Made by a program: the position numbers and the translations under genes. From Nemertoderma westbladi (taxonomy: Eukaryota; Animalia; Xenacoelomorpha): a DNA stretch of 64,000 bases. The notes beneath the pieces are model-generated. The model saw only the letters and a program-made list of their open reading frames with translations. It had not been told where the DNA came from and searched no databases. How positions within the stretch are numbered: the first letter of the stretch is position 1; each line of letters begins with the position of its first letter. The stretch lies in assembly GCA_032718475.1 (NCBI GenBank), contig JAUCBJ010007962.1:7400-71399 (forward strand). Reading direction: 5' to 3'. This document shows positions 38,030 through 49,932 of the stretch, in pieces.

Positions 38030-39680
38030 AGGCCATGTGGAGATGCAGCAGGAGATGCAGGCGAATGGGCCCAGGGGAGATAGGAGCAACGTGTCAAATG
38101 GAGGGGGGTGTGAAGGAAGGGGTGATAGGATGAGACGAGAGGTCACGGGTTGGGGGGGGGGGGGGGGGGGGTACGTCGGTACGGGCACCCCATCGCAACT
38201 AGTTAGTGACGGGTGGGGCTACAGGCAACCGTGTGACGAGAGGGGGGGGGGGGGGGGTGGGGAAATAAATGCCCCACAGATGTTGTTGGTGGGAAATATG
38301 CGTGGTGATTCAAGTGAACCGGGGCTCCCAACGACGGAGGAGAATAGAGGGGGGGGGGGGGGGGGGCAACAAACGCCCCACAGATGTCTGTGGGAAATGC
38401 GCGCATTGAGTCAAGTGAACCATGGCACCCGACGATGGAGGAGAGTAGAAGGGCAGAGAATATCTACGAGGCTGTACAACTGGGTAAGAGGAAAAGCATT
38501 CACGCCGAAAGTGGCCAAACGAAGGAGCACCGAACCCATTCGGGAGACGGAAGGAGAACGGTAGAGTTCATCCGGGAGGTCGATATGAGATCTCATGAAC
38601 GGAGATATAATGCTGGGAGTAGAGGACGCGAGGAGGGTGAAAGAGACGAGCGAAGAAATATTGCTACGGGCAACCAGAGATTTCGGGATAGGACGGATAG
38701 TGAACCGACTACTACTAGGATCGGCATGCTGCATTGCAGCTGCATTTTTAAGAATGCTGTGCCGGCTTGTCAACAAAATTGCACCGCCACAACTCCCTAT
38801 CACCCATGACATTTGCTAGATCATCCGCATCTTTAAGGCCAGTGTCCTTTAAGATGCGTCTCAAGAAAGTCATGGGCTGTCCACCATGCTTATTCACTCC
38901 ATGAGGCTGCCAAAGTACAAGATTATGCACTGGCTGGTCCTCACGGCGAAAGCAATGTCCTGCAAAGCGGAGGCGATTTTGTTCTAGTGTCAAGCTTGGG
39001 GGAACCAATGAGACACCTCCAATGTTATATAGTGTCTGGTTGGAGATGTGTGCATTGTACTTGACACAATGAACCCGGCGTAGCATTCTTGTGAATGTGC
39101 CATCCAGAGATTTGGTGTCCTCAGCAGTTAGAGCCCAGCATGGACTCCCGTAGAGGAGTACTGGAACTACTGCTGCTCTAAATAATCGGACCTTAAGTTT
39201 CCGATTAATTCTAGGTGACTTCCAAATCCTGGAAAGCCTATTCAAGGCTGCCCATGCCTTTCCCTTACGTATTCGACGGTTAGTCGATAGTTGAGGTAGA
39301 GAAGTAGGGCCAGTGGGGTTGTACTTCGGGAGATTGCCGTTGCCCCGGAGAAACACAACCTGGCGAAATATATCACACACCAGGAGAGGGTTACAGAGTG
39401 TACCGGGACAAGGAGGATGAGAGAAGAAGAGATCGAAGGGAAACTTCCCATCGGAACGTTGCTGCCGATCTACGATATGGTAGTCGCGGGGAGGAGTTCT
39501 CGGAATATTCGATAAGTTTAAACTTTGATCTCGAGGAGCACATTCAGACTGCAGGACATACTGTAGGTCTTACAGAACATACTATAGGCCATTCTCGGAG
39601 AGATTGTGTAGGTGATAGGGTAGCGCGAATACTGGGATTAAATCTGGAGGTCGCATCTTACATACCGGTGATTAGGCAGG
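38030..39680 (+). mobile_element. Decayed gag fragment of the element 3/4 BEL family, split by an RTE insertion
   Basis: 38550-38707 resembles 63690-63826; 39290-39670 resembles 63830-64000 and the reverse complement of 33770-34130. Confidence 0.75.
38708..39270 (-). mobile_element. 5'-truncated RTE-clade LINE with (TAG)n tail
   Basis: LKVRLFRAAVVPVLLYGS..W, RLRFAGHCFR, DRELWR; 3' UTR nearly identical to 47855-47912. Confidence 0.88.
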
Positions 39681-40089
39681 AACCAGTGATTAGAACATTT
39701 TTTCACTAACTTTTTTCGCTATCGTTTTGAGAGCAGGACTGTACGCTTACCATACCATCTTATAAATTTCAGATATGCAACACATAATTATTGTCACCTA
39801 TGTGGAGGTTCCGCGGAGGAGGCTCCGTGTAGCCTCCGCATATGCATTAATGCAAGACTCTACTTACAACTTATATATCAGAACAATAATAATAATACTG
39901 TTAGACTGTACGTTTTAAAAATGTTAATACTGTACCGGTACCGTTATATTACTTTACTACTGTCATTTGGAGTCTAATTTCTACTAACTACGGCAGATTT
40001 ACTTCATATTACAGTATTATACCAGTATACATACATACACGCCACTCTGATGACAAAAGCTGTAATTAAACTTATTGCTAACACTGAAA

Positions 40090-40355
40090 CAGTAAACAAT
40101 CAAAAATAGACAATTTTGGTATACTGGGAGCGAAACTTGTTTTCTTATAACGGTGATATATGGTTCCAAATATAATACCCATGTGTGAAATATTTTTATT
40201 TTTCAATATTTTAATCTCATTCCACTGTGCTTCAAAATTATGACTTTAACAAATATTTAGGTCAATAAAAAACAGTCATGATGACATGACTACAAATACA
40301 TTAAGATGACAAGTGATGGCATTGTACAATAGACAACACTCCTTCACAAGGTTAC
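40090..40355 (-). repeat. Distal 3' part of the minus-strand copy of the HEEAD/CXC element
   Basis: Reverse complement of ~48500-48745. Confidence 0.8.
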
Positions 40356-40865
40356 AGAAGGTTACGAAGCTATATAGCTCATCCGTCAATGAAAGTTATA
40401 TCAATCGACACAGCGCAACCCCAGGATGTGGAAAAAAGTTTAGAAAAAATTTATTAAAGTTTCTTTTATTTATTTGGAAAAATAGCCCCATTGACGAAAA
40501 TTGCCATAGACTCAACAATAGAAACACCAGCTGCTCGGTACTCATGAGGGCCTAGTAAGCTACTACTATTGATTGAATGGATAGGCCCAAACTGCAGAGA
40601 AGTATATTACTTGCCAAGTTTGTGTGCCATTATATTATTGTAATATAGTAGGCCTATACATGTTATTGTAGTAGTTTGTAATATATTATCCCACCAGCTG
40701 AATAGCTCTTCCCAGTTTGCCAACTAATTTATTTTAGTATAGTAGTAGGCCTATACATGATATTGTAGCTCTAGCCAATCAGAGAGCTAAATGCCGCACT
40801 TTTTATCCAAAAATCTGTCGGAAAAATTGAGAGACTGGAAAGAAGCTAAGAGCTAAGCTCAATAA

Positions 40866-41773
40866 CGGGTAAAAATATCTAGAGTAAAAATAACGAGTGT
40901 TGAAAATTAATGTGTTTAAAAAATATCGAGAGTAAAAATAACGCGAAATGAAAAATATCGAAAATAACGAGTGTTGAAAAATATCGAGTTTTGACAAATA
41001 TCGAGATTAAAAATCGAGTGTTGAAAAATATCGAGAGTAAAAATATTGCATTTTGCTTGAGCTTTTTATTTAGAATTATGGAACAATATTTCAGTGCATG
41101 GATTACAACAGTGCAAGTGCAAGTAAATTGCATTAATACACATTAGGTACCCATTCACCAGATTTATTATACTAGCTAGTTTTTGTTATTTTTATAATAA
41201 ATATTATAGAATAAGTGCTAGCTATCAATTTTGATAAATATTTTTATTTTTATTTATAAATGTTATAGAACAGTGTAATCTACCAATGTTGATAAATATT
41301 TTTTGTTCTAGAACACATTTTTTATTTCTAGAACATTTTTAGGAAAATAATTAGCCCTTATTTAACAACCCTTATTTAAAAAAATTGTTACTATCGATAT
41401 TTTTACTCTCGATATTTAACACTCTATATTTTTTTCAACACTCGATATTTTTACTCTCTATATTTTTCAACACTCGATATTTTTACTCTCGATATTTTTC
41501 AACACTCGATATTTTTACTCTCGATATTTTTACTCTCGATATTTTTCAACACTCGGTATTTTTACTCTCGATATTTTTACCCTCGATATTTTTACTCTGG
41601 ATATTTTTTGAACTCTCGATATTTTTACTCTCGATATTTTTACTCTCGATATTTTTACTCTCGATATTTTTTGAACTCTCGACATTATCGTTATTTTTCA
41701 ACACTCGATATTTTTACTCACGTTATTTTTACTCTCGATATTTTTCATGTCAATACATTTTTCAATATAACCG
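40866..41773. mobile_element. Foldback-type MITE with arms built of 14-16-bp tandem units (AAAATATCGAGAGT / ACTCTCGATATTTT)
   Basis: Array 40870-41045 is inverted relative to array 41390-41745; AT-rich spacer; no TSD found. Confidence 0.7.
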
Positions 41774-41809
41774 CAGAATGTCGCTGCTGAGAGAGCATTC
41801 TGTAAACAT

Positions 41810-43990
41810 ATGCTGATGACAGGGAACGTATCGGCAGCAGTAGAATCACTCGATGAGATGGCAAAAGATCGGGTGTTAAACCTCAAAGAGGTAATCACAG
41901 ACAAAAACGGAACAAAGAAATCAGTCCGCGAGTTCCTTCTAGACAAACACCCGCAACCAACTCCAGCTGGTAAATCGATTTTGCTGGATGTTTTCAACCA
42001 GCCCAGAATACCATAATGTAATCTTCGAGAAAATTGACGCCCAACTTATTCAGGTGATGTACCTTTGATTTCGGGGTACTGCAGATGGACGCTCAGGGCT
42101 AGACATCCAAGGGTGGAAACATGTCACCCAGTTCCACAACCCATCCATTGATCTTTGTGCCAGTATCGCCAATGCAGCCAAGAAGATCGCTCAGATGGAG
42201 TTAAACCCATTCGAGTTATTGTCTGTCTTGTCAGGCCGATTGATCGTGATCAACAAATGCCCTGGCATCCACCCAATTGGGATTGGCAAGGCGCTACGGA
42301 GGGTTATCAGAAAATCAATTATCAACTGTATCTCTGATGACCTCCAGACTGTCGACGGCACAACCCAGCTCTGTTGTGGTCAGAAGGCAGGCATCGAGCA
42401 CGCCATCCACAGCCTAAACGAGACACATTTAAGACTGACAACTGCGAGGCTGTGCTCCAGGTTGATGTGAATAACGCATTCAACTCACTGCACCACTCAG
42501 CAGCAATTCAGAACATCCGCTATGTCTGTCCTTCCCTCCACGTCGAACTGTTACTCTCTGCCAACAAAACTTTACATCAGTGGAGAGTATATCCTATTAG
42601 TGGAAGGATCAACCGAAGCTGACCCCATCTCGATCCCAATGTTAGCTATGGGGATGCTCACCATTAATCGGAGAGTTGAACAACGCATCTGAGACCCATC
42701 AGAAGTGGTACGCTGATGACGCAAATGCAGTGAGCTCATTGGTGAAACTCATAAAGTTTCCCAGTCCCATGTCTAGCATTACAGGGACCACTAAATGGCT
42801 ACCATCCCACCAAGTACCATCTGTCAGTAAAGCCCGGGAGGTTGGAGGAGGCACGGCAGGTGTTTCCAAGGACTGCTTCACCATTGGAACCAATGGGAAC
42901 GGATTCAATTTGAAAGAATTCATTGGTCATCTGCAGCGGCTCAGTGCGGTCGCTACAGTTGACCCGCACTGTGCATACGTCGGACTTGCCATAGGATTGG
43001 TCGCTAGTTCGAGGTACATCACCTGAGTTGTCCCTGGACCGATACACTTCTTTGGCAAACTCGAGGAATCTGTATGTATGTTTCTTCAGGGTCTCACTAA
43101 ACAACCTTGTTTAACCAAATAAAAGCATGAACTATTCTCACTGCTGTTTCATCATGGGGCTTAGCCATCCCAACACCAACGGATCTGGAAGTACAAAATT
43201 CAAATTATAGATTAATCTGCGAACCCTATACCGAACTGGAAAACCCAGCCACCATAAGAGAGGCCTATCAACAAATCTCGACTGGTATAAAGGCCAGTGT
43301 GGTTGCTTTACTAAAGAAGAAATAGATACGGTGGGCAGCAACTTAACTGAGCAGAAACATAAGTTGAGGGAGTTGATCGCTGAACCCGGAGCCTCGGCTA
43401 GGCTGTAACCCGCCATGATATCCATCTCACTATGGAGGAGTTTCGCGATGCATTGTGTTTGCGTTATGGGTGGCAACTAGAGTCACTTCCAGCCCATTGT
43501 GCCTGTGGCGCATGATTTTCCATTAACCATATCTTGCCTTGTCCCACTGGCAGGTTATCCATCTATAAGGCGCAATGATCTTTGGGATTTTGTCACCACC
43601 ACCCTAACAGAAGTCACTCATAATGTAACCATCGAACCTCACTTGCAACTGATCTCCAGCATGCATTTCATCCATGCGTCCACCTCTGTGGAACAACAAG
43701 CCTGGTTGGATGTTTCGGTCTCTGGTTTCTGGGGGCCGGAAGATGCCAGAAGATGTTTATAGACGTCTCCATCTTCAACCCCCTCACTCTGACGAATGCA
43801 GCCATGGTTATTGATGCCACCCACGTGTTCCATGAGAACTGGAAGCGCACCAAGTATCTGGAGTGGATTCGCGAGGTCAAGCATGCGACATTTATGCCGC
43901 TAATCTTCTCTGCATTTGGGGGTATCTCACCCTGCTCCATGTTCCAACTCCCTGGCGAACAAATCATATACGAACATGTCAGGCTGAGGA
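41810..43990 (+). mobile_element. Decayed CRE-clade-like non-LTR retrotransposon (RT plus restriction-like endonuclease)
   Basis: KCPGIHPIGIGKALRR, QLCCGQKAGIEHAIH, VDVNNAFNSL, WYADDA, IRRNDLWD, EPHLQ..LDV..GFW, FIDVSIFNP, FMPLIFSAFGG. Confidence 0.8.
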
Positions 43991-44094
43991 CCAGGGCAGC
44001 AGAAAAAAGTAAAGTAAATTTTCTTTGGCCGCTTGGCCAGGGATTACGCAGAAAGTCTGACGACTTATTTCCAGTGCGGTCCCCCCACAACTTT

Positions 44095-44275
44095 AATCCC
44101 CAGAGGAAACTCTAGTACTCATTTAGCTACCACTTAAGGATGCAAGGCAGAGATGTGCCCTGGCTGGTCCCTTTCAAGCATTCGTGCCAAAACGAAAACT
44201 GCCCTGGCCCATGTGAGGATCAAACCCACGACCTACAGGAGATGTGAATTTAATGCAACCACTACACCAAGGTGC
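44095..44275 (-). mobile_element. tRNA-derived SINE fragment
   Basis: Minus strand TGGTGTAGTGG (A box) ... GGTTTGATCC (B box), then body with GTAGCTAAATGAGTAC. Confidence 0.6.
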
Positions 44276-44509
44276 AACCTCAAGGTGGAACGTCTAGGAC
44301 TGTAGGAAAGTAAAAAATCATTTTAAATTTCCCCTCTTTTTGATATTATTCTTATATGTAAAACTCAAAGTTAACCTCGGTGGTGGGCTTTTCATTTTGT
44401 ATGCAGTGTATTTTTATATTATCTGTGATAGAATAATTAAGTTGTGATTTTTAAGCGAGTTGCGCTATATGGAACTCTATCCATTATAAAAAAAAATTCT
44501 TTATTTAAA

Positions 44510-44880
44510 AAATTCACAATTAGGTACTGTATGTGCGTATTCTTTGCTAGTATGATGTCAAACGAGGACATAAGAGTATTATTAATCGAGTAGGTAATGT
44601 ATGTGATATAATTATTGCTGTATTAGGAATCGCATCTTCTTCATATGAGGGGTAAAGTGCTTCAGTTCATTCCAAATCTGCCTCCTTCCAGTTGGTGAAT
44701 GACTTGAATTTTCACAACTCAGTGCAATGAAGTTTGATTTGTAGGCAGATACGTGTTGGTGTTTTACATGACTTAGTACAATTGATGATGGAGCTTGTAG
44801 AACATGTATCCAGTCAGGTATTACCAGATCGTCCTCTTCCTCTCTGGATACATAGTGGGTGTGGTAATACTTGAACGAGT
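44510..44880 (-). repeat. CXC-coding end of the minus-strand copy of the HEEAD/CXC element
   Basis: Reverse complement of ~47980-48300; translates EDDLVIPDWIHVLQAPSSI..CTKSCK..LHCTE. Confidence 0.78.
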
Positions 44881-45633
44881 TACTTGTACTACTGATGTCG
44901 GCAGTTTTCCTAACTAGGATCTTTGAGGAAAACTAACTGAGTTCATCTTGACTCTCACATATATTCAAACATTGATATAAATGTAAGTAGCAGACAGATA
45001 ACCAGTTAATGCCTCAAAGTCCAGGCTCAAGTGAACCGTTTATCACAAATAAGTCAGTAGTTAATATTTGTTTGTCTTATTGCTCTACACTGTATACAAC
45101 TACGGGCTCGTTATCTTAATTAAGATACAAGCAACACTGAATGATATTATGGTATACCATACATGAACTATTACCATTAGGAAGAATAGACAAAGCAGCT
45201 GGTCTAGCCTGAATGGTATGTAATTAGCTGCCACTAATAAAGTTAGAAAGCGGCAGATTGGGTGTTGAAATTTGTTTGTAAGCCACTGAATATTATCTTC
45301 TTCCTGTAGGTAATGATAGAATAATTGGGATAACATAGGGCTTCCCCATTGGTTCTATGTACACTAATACAATGCAGAAATTGGGGATGGCATAGGGACG
45401 TCCCTACTGATGTCCTATGTACACTGGTCAAGCAACCAGCATTGTAACCAATAGCAAAAACAAAAACTAGATCATGTATGTGTAATATTAAATGTATTAT
45501 ATTATCTATTCTGTCTGTTTCGTGTCACTTTAAACTGTATATTTTTTGCTGGACTTAATGGCTTTCCTGTGGCGTACTTTCAATATTATTATTTACCCCA
45601 TTTAGTCAATAAATAAATAAAATAAATAAATAT

Positions 45634-48600
45634 GTGGCATTCATATATGATAATGAGGGTGTTGGCAATAAGGATACAAATCTAGGCCATCATGACCTTC
45701 AACAAACTCGAATTATAAGGGACCAAAACGATATAAAAGTCTTACAGACTATACTAACTGATGCATGGATTATACCATGGACTGTAGAAGATCCCAAATT
45801 GATCTATCTACTGGGTTGGTTTCTCCAATCGACGTTACTAAAGATCTTCTTCAAGCTAGAAGTGTTGGGGCTAAAAGTGTTATTTATAACATCCAAAGAA
45901 AGTTGTTTCCAACTTACAGAACACCATTTACATCCTGTTGAATAATAACAATGCAACCATGAGGAGGCTGGCACTCTTGTAATTCTCCATGCTCTTCATG
46001 CAGCACAAAATGGATCAAAGGTTGCATTCTGTGATGCCCCAAAATGCCAGGTTTATCATAAATGTGGATCTCTAAATATAATAACATATTGTAACATAAA
46101 CAATATATTATCTGACTTATCATTTTACATGGTAGAGGCAAACTTGTTGCTTTTAATTTAGCAAAGAACAATATTGATAAATATCTAGAGGTGCTAAGTG
46201 TTCTTGGCGAACTTTAGCAACTATCAGAATCCATATCTAGAGATTTAGAATGTTTTATATGCCAATTATATCTCAGGTGGTCAGATATTAATAACATTAA
46301 CGAGTTTTTTAGTATTTTCTTTTCATATCAAAAGTGGAGAAATTGAGTCAACCTTGCTGCCTGCCACGTTGTAAGGATTATTTATATTTACACCAATCCA
46401 GAGCCAGTCCAGAGCCAATCCAGAGCCAACTACCAAGCTTATATTTGTTATATTATAAGTTATTACGACAGCAGGCAATCATCCCAGGCATGGAAATCGA
46501 TCAACTTGCTTACTGAGAGGAAAAGCCAACCAACCACCAAGGTTAAGGCTGAATCACCAGCCGATCGACTCAATGGTTGGAAGGCCCACTTTGAAAAGCT
46601 CCTCAATAATGACAGGGTATTGCCTGATAACTTTATAGAAGTAAAAGTGTCTGAGTCTGTACTCCCAGACATTCCCATTGGCGATATCTCCTTTGCAGAA
46701 GTGAAGGCTGCTGCAAAGAGCATTAAGACCAATCGTTCCAGTGGAGTAGATGGTGTTCCCCCTGAGGTCTTTAAAATACCTGAGCGTTTAAAGCTCATCT
46801 ATCCCATCATAGTAGACATATACCAAACAACAAGAGTCCCACAAGAAATGAAAACGAAGAAGTTGGTGCCAATACCAAACAACAAGAGTCCCACAAGAAA
46901 TGAAAACGAAGAAGTTGGTGCCAGTTCCCAAGAAAGGCAACCTAACACTCTATGGTTCTTTTCGGGGAATCACATTGATCTCGATTGCTGCAAAGCTATA
47001 CAATATAATTATATTAAATCGCATCAGGGATCCCATTGAGAGACTGCTCCGTGGAAATCAGAATGGGTTCCGTAAAGGTCGTGGGACCATGGAGCATATT
47101 TTGGCACTTAGAAGGATAATTGAAGAGTTATCAAAAAAGAAAGACAGGCATCTGGCTGTTATCTTTGTTGACTTCTTTAAGGCCTTTGATTCAGTCTCCC
47201 GCTCACGTATGTTCAGCATACTTTCATTATATGGGATTCCTGATGAAATTATTGCAGCAATCAGATCAGTATACGATGATGGTTCGACAACATTTGTGTC
47301 TACTGTTGATGGTGACACAGAACCATTTGAAGTGTTATGGGGCGTCCTCCAGGGAGACACACTTGCACCATTCTTGTTCATAATTGTGGTTGACTATGTT
47401 CTACGCATGTTCTACGCATGATGATGGGGAATTAAGAATCGAGAATTAATCGGAAACTTAAGGTCTGATCATTTATAGCAGCAGTAGTTCCAGTACTCCT
47501 CTATGGGAGTCCATGCTGGGCTCTAACTGCTGAGGACACCAAATCTCTGGATGGCACATTCAAAAGAATGCTACGCCGGGTTCATTGTGTCAATTACAAT
47601 GCACACATCTCCAACCGGTCACTATATAACATTGGAGGTGTCTCATTGGTTCCCTCAAGCTTGACACTAGCTTCGCCGTGAGGACCAGCCAGTGCGTAAT
47701 CTTGTACTTTGGCAGCCTCATTGACTGTATAAGCATGGTGGACAGCCCATGACTTTCTTGAGACGCATCTTAAAGGACTTGAAGATGCGGATGATCTAGC
47801 AAATGTCATGGGTGATAGGGAGTTGTGGCGGCGCAATTTTCTCGACAAGCTGGCACAGCATTCTTAAAAATGCAGCTGCAATGCAGCATGCCGATCATAG
47901 TAGTAGTAGTAGTGGAAAAAGTGTAGTACCCATCGTCAATGTTCCTTCTCGCATAGGTCTGGGATGGCTGTTTTGGAAAAGGAGGATATGGTAATACCTG
48001 ACTGCATGCATGTTCTACCAGCTCCATCATCAATTCTCTCTCTATATATCTATGCTGTATTGCAATTGTACTGTACTATTGCAAATAACAAACTTCATTG
48101 CACGGAGTTCTGCAAATTCAAGTATTCACCAACTGGAAGGAGGCAGATTTGGAATGAACTGAAGCACTTGACCCCTCATATGAAGAAGATGCTATTCCTA
48201 ATACAGCTATAATTGTATCACATACATTACCTACTCGATTAAGTATACTCTATTTCCTCGTATGACATCATACCAGCTATGAATACATACATACCTTATT
48301 ATGTATTATTTTATTATTATTAAATGAAGAGGATTTAATATTCAAAAATGTAATTATTGAGGGAATCATCTTTGCAGAAATTATCTAGGAATAATCATGA
48401 TAAACAGATACATTAAAGTTAATACTAAACGAGTGTCAAGTTATATATTTGACATTATGTATCTGAGTCATCTTCAATTGCATCTGTAGTGGTGTTCATG
48501 GTAACCTGTGGAGGAGTGTTGTCTGAAATGCCAATTAGATTTCACTTGTCATCTTAAAGTAATTGTAGTTACATCACGATTGTTTTTTATTGACATAAAT

Positions 48601-48745
48601 ATTTGTTAAAGTCATTATTTTGAAACAGAGTGGAATGAGATTAAAATGATGAAAAATAAAAATATTTCACACATGGGTATTATGTTTGGAACCATATATC
48701 ACCGTTATAACAAAACAGGTTTCGCTCTCAGTATACCAAAATTTT
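45634..48745 (+). mobile_element. Decayed element encoding a FEN1/XPG-like 'HEEAD' protein with C-terminal Cys cluster, interrupted by an RTE LINE
   Basis: HEEAGTLVILHA (~45960), LPRCKDYLYLH..RANYQAYI, then after the LINE KSVVP..PS..GLGW, PAPSSIL, KLHCTEFCK. Confidence 0.6.
46460..47912 (+). mobile_element. RTE-clade LINE, 5'-truncated, with internal deletion removing the YADD region and a 52-bp duplication at ~46823-46926
   Basis: SSGVDGVPPE, PKKGNL..FRGITL, NQNGFRKGR, FVDFFKAFDSV, GVLQGDTLAPFLF; (TAG)5 tail. Confidence 0.9.
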
Positions 48746-49483
48746 CCAAAACGAATATTCAACAAAATGTTAGCAATGTCTAGAATGTTAGCTATTTTTC
48801 TAAAACATGCCAGTTTTCATATAGCAGCGCTCCCATGGCAACACTAATTATATTCTAGAATTTTATGACACATTTAGAATTGTAAGACCAGTAGCTATCT
48901 TTTTCAAAAGACGCAAAGAATATATATAGAATTCTTAGAATATTACAACCTGTTTGTTATTTTGCCATTTCCATGACAACCGATGATAACACCTGACACC
49001 TGATAATACCAGCTACCGATTCAGATTTGTTATCCTATCAAAAGGAATGGCCAAAAGTTAGGTCTTCCCAAAAATATAAGTTCCATGTGGTTACCAAAAA
49101 GTATCCCCTATGCTGTCTGTCCCATGGACTAAATAATATTTTCGAAGTATTTCGTGACCTTTCGAGTGTTTACAACACTAGGCCCTTAAGGGCCCTGAAA
49201 TCCATTTTAGGTGTTGATACGTATTTTTACACGGTTTATGTAAGTGTTGGTACATGGCCTACTTAAATAGGCCATATATTTAAGTAGGCCATGGTTGGTA
49301 CTTTCGAAGTATTTACCATAAAACTTAATTTCTGTTCTTTAAAATGTGTATATATATAACAATATCAAATATATTTAATTTTATTTTACATTTTTTCTAG
49401 GTTAGTCCTAAAGCTTACTTCCACCAGTGTATATAATTAGTGCAGCTTGAAATGTTTAATTTAACAATATTTTATTATTGCAG

Positions 49484-49590
49484 TTGTCAAAATGTTGGGA
49501 CAGCATGTTCTGCAGCTGATTTCATCGTTACTGATTCTTTAGAAAATGGTCTCTGCTATACGTATCCTGGCAGAAATATTACAACTGCAG
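49484..49590 (+). CDS. Probable single exon of a DEG/ENaC (ASIC-like) ion channel gene
   Basis: T-rich acceptor ...TTATTGCAG, GT donor at 49591; peptide CQNVGTACSAADF..ENGLCYTYP..TAG resembles the family motif C.f.g..C...dF....G.CYTFN...G. Confidence 0.55.
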
Positions 49591-49932
49591 GTTATATAAT
49601 ATTTTATCATATTGTAATGTTGATAAATTTTATTCCAAACATAAACAAAACATAGCCTGTTTGTTCTACAATGGCTTGAAATGTAGAATAATCGCATATA
49701 TTCAATAAATAAATGAAACATGATTGGCGCAAGTGTGTGGTTCAGCTTCAAAGTGGATAGTTATGTAGTTATAGTTGTGTCTATTCCTCATCCTCATACC
49801 ATGACACCACATAGCACTTAGCTTCCTGATGAAGCCGGATAATCAGCTGACCATTGATGCAATGTTATTGTCATATACCTACCAGGAAGTTTTTTCTTCT
49901 TGCTTGACTAATAAATAAATAAATTATAACTA

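Noticed and set aside
38152-38366. Long poly-G runs as functional G-quadruplexes
   Set aside because: They lie in a decayed gag fragment and homopolymer lengths are prone to slippage and sequencing error
49820-49895. Hammerhead ribozyme (CTGATGA core, Penelope-like)
   Set aside because: The GAAA core is absent (GACC) and stem I does not close in register; at best a decayed relic
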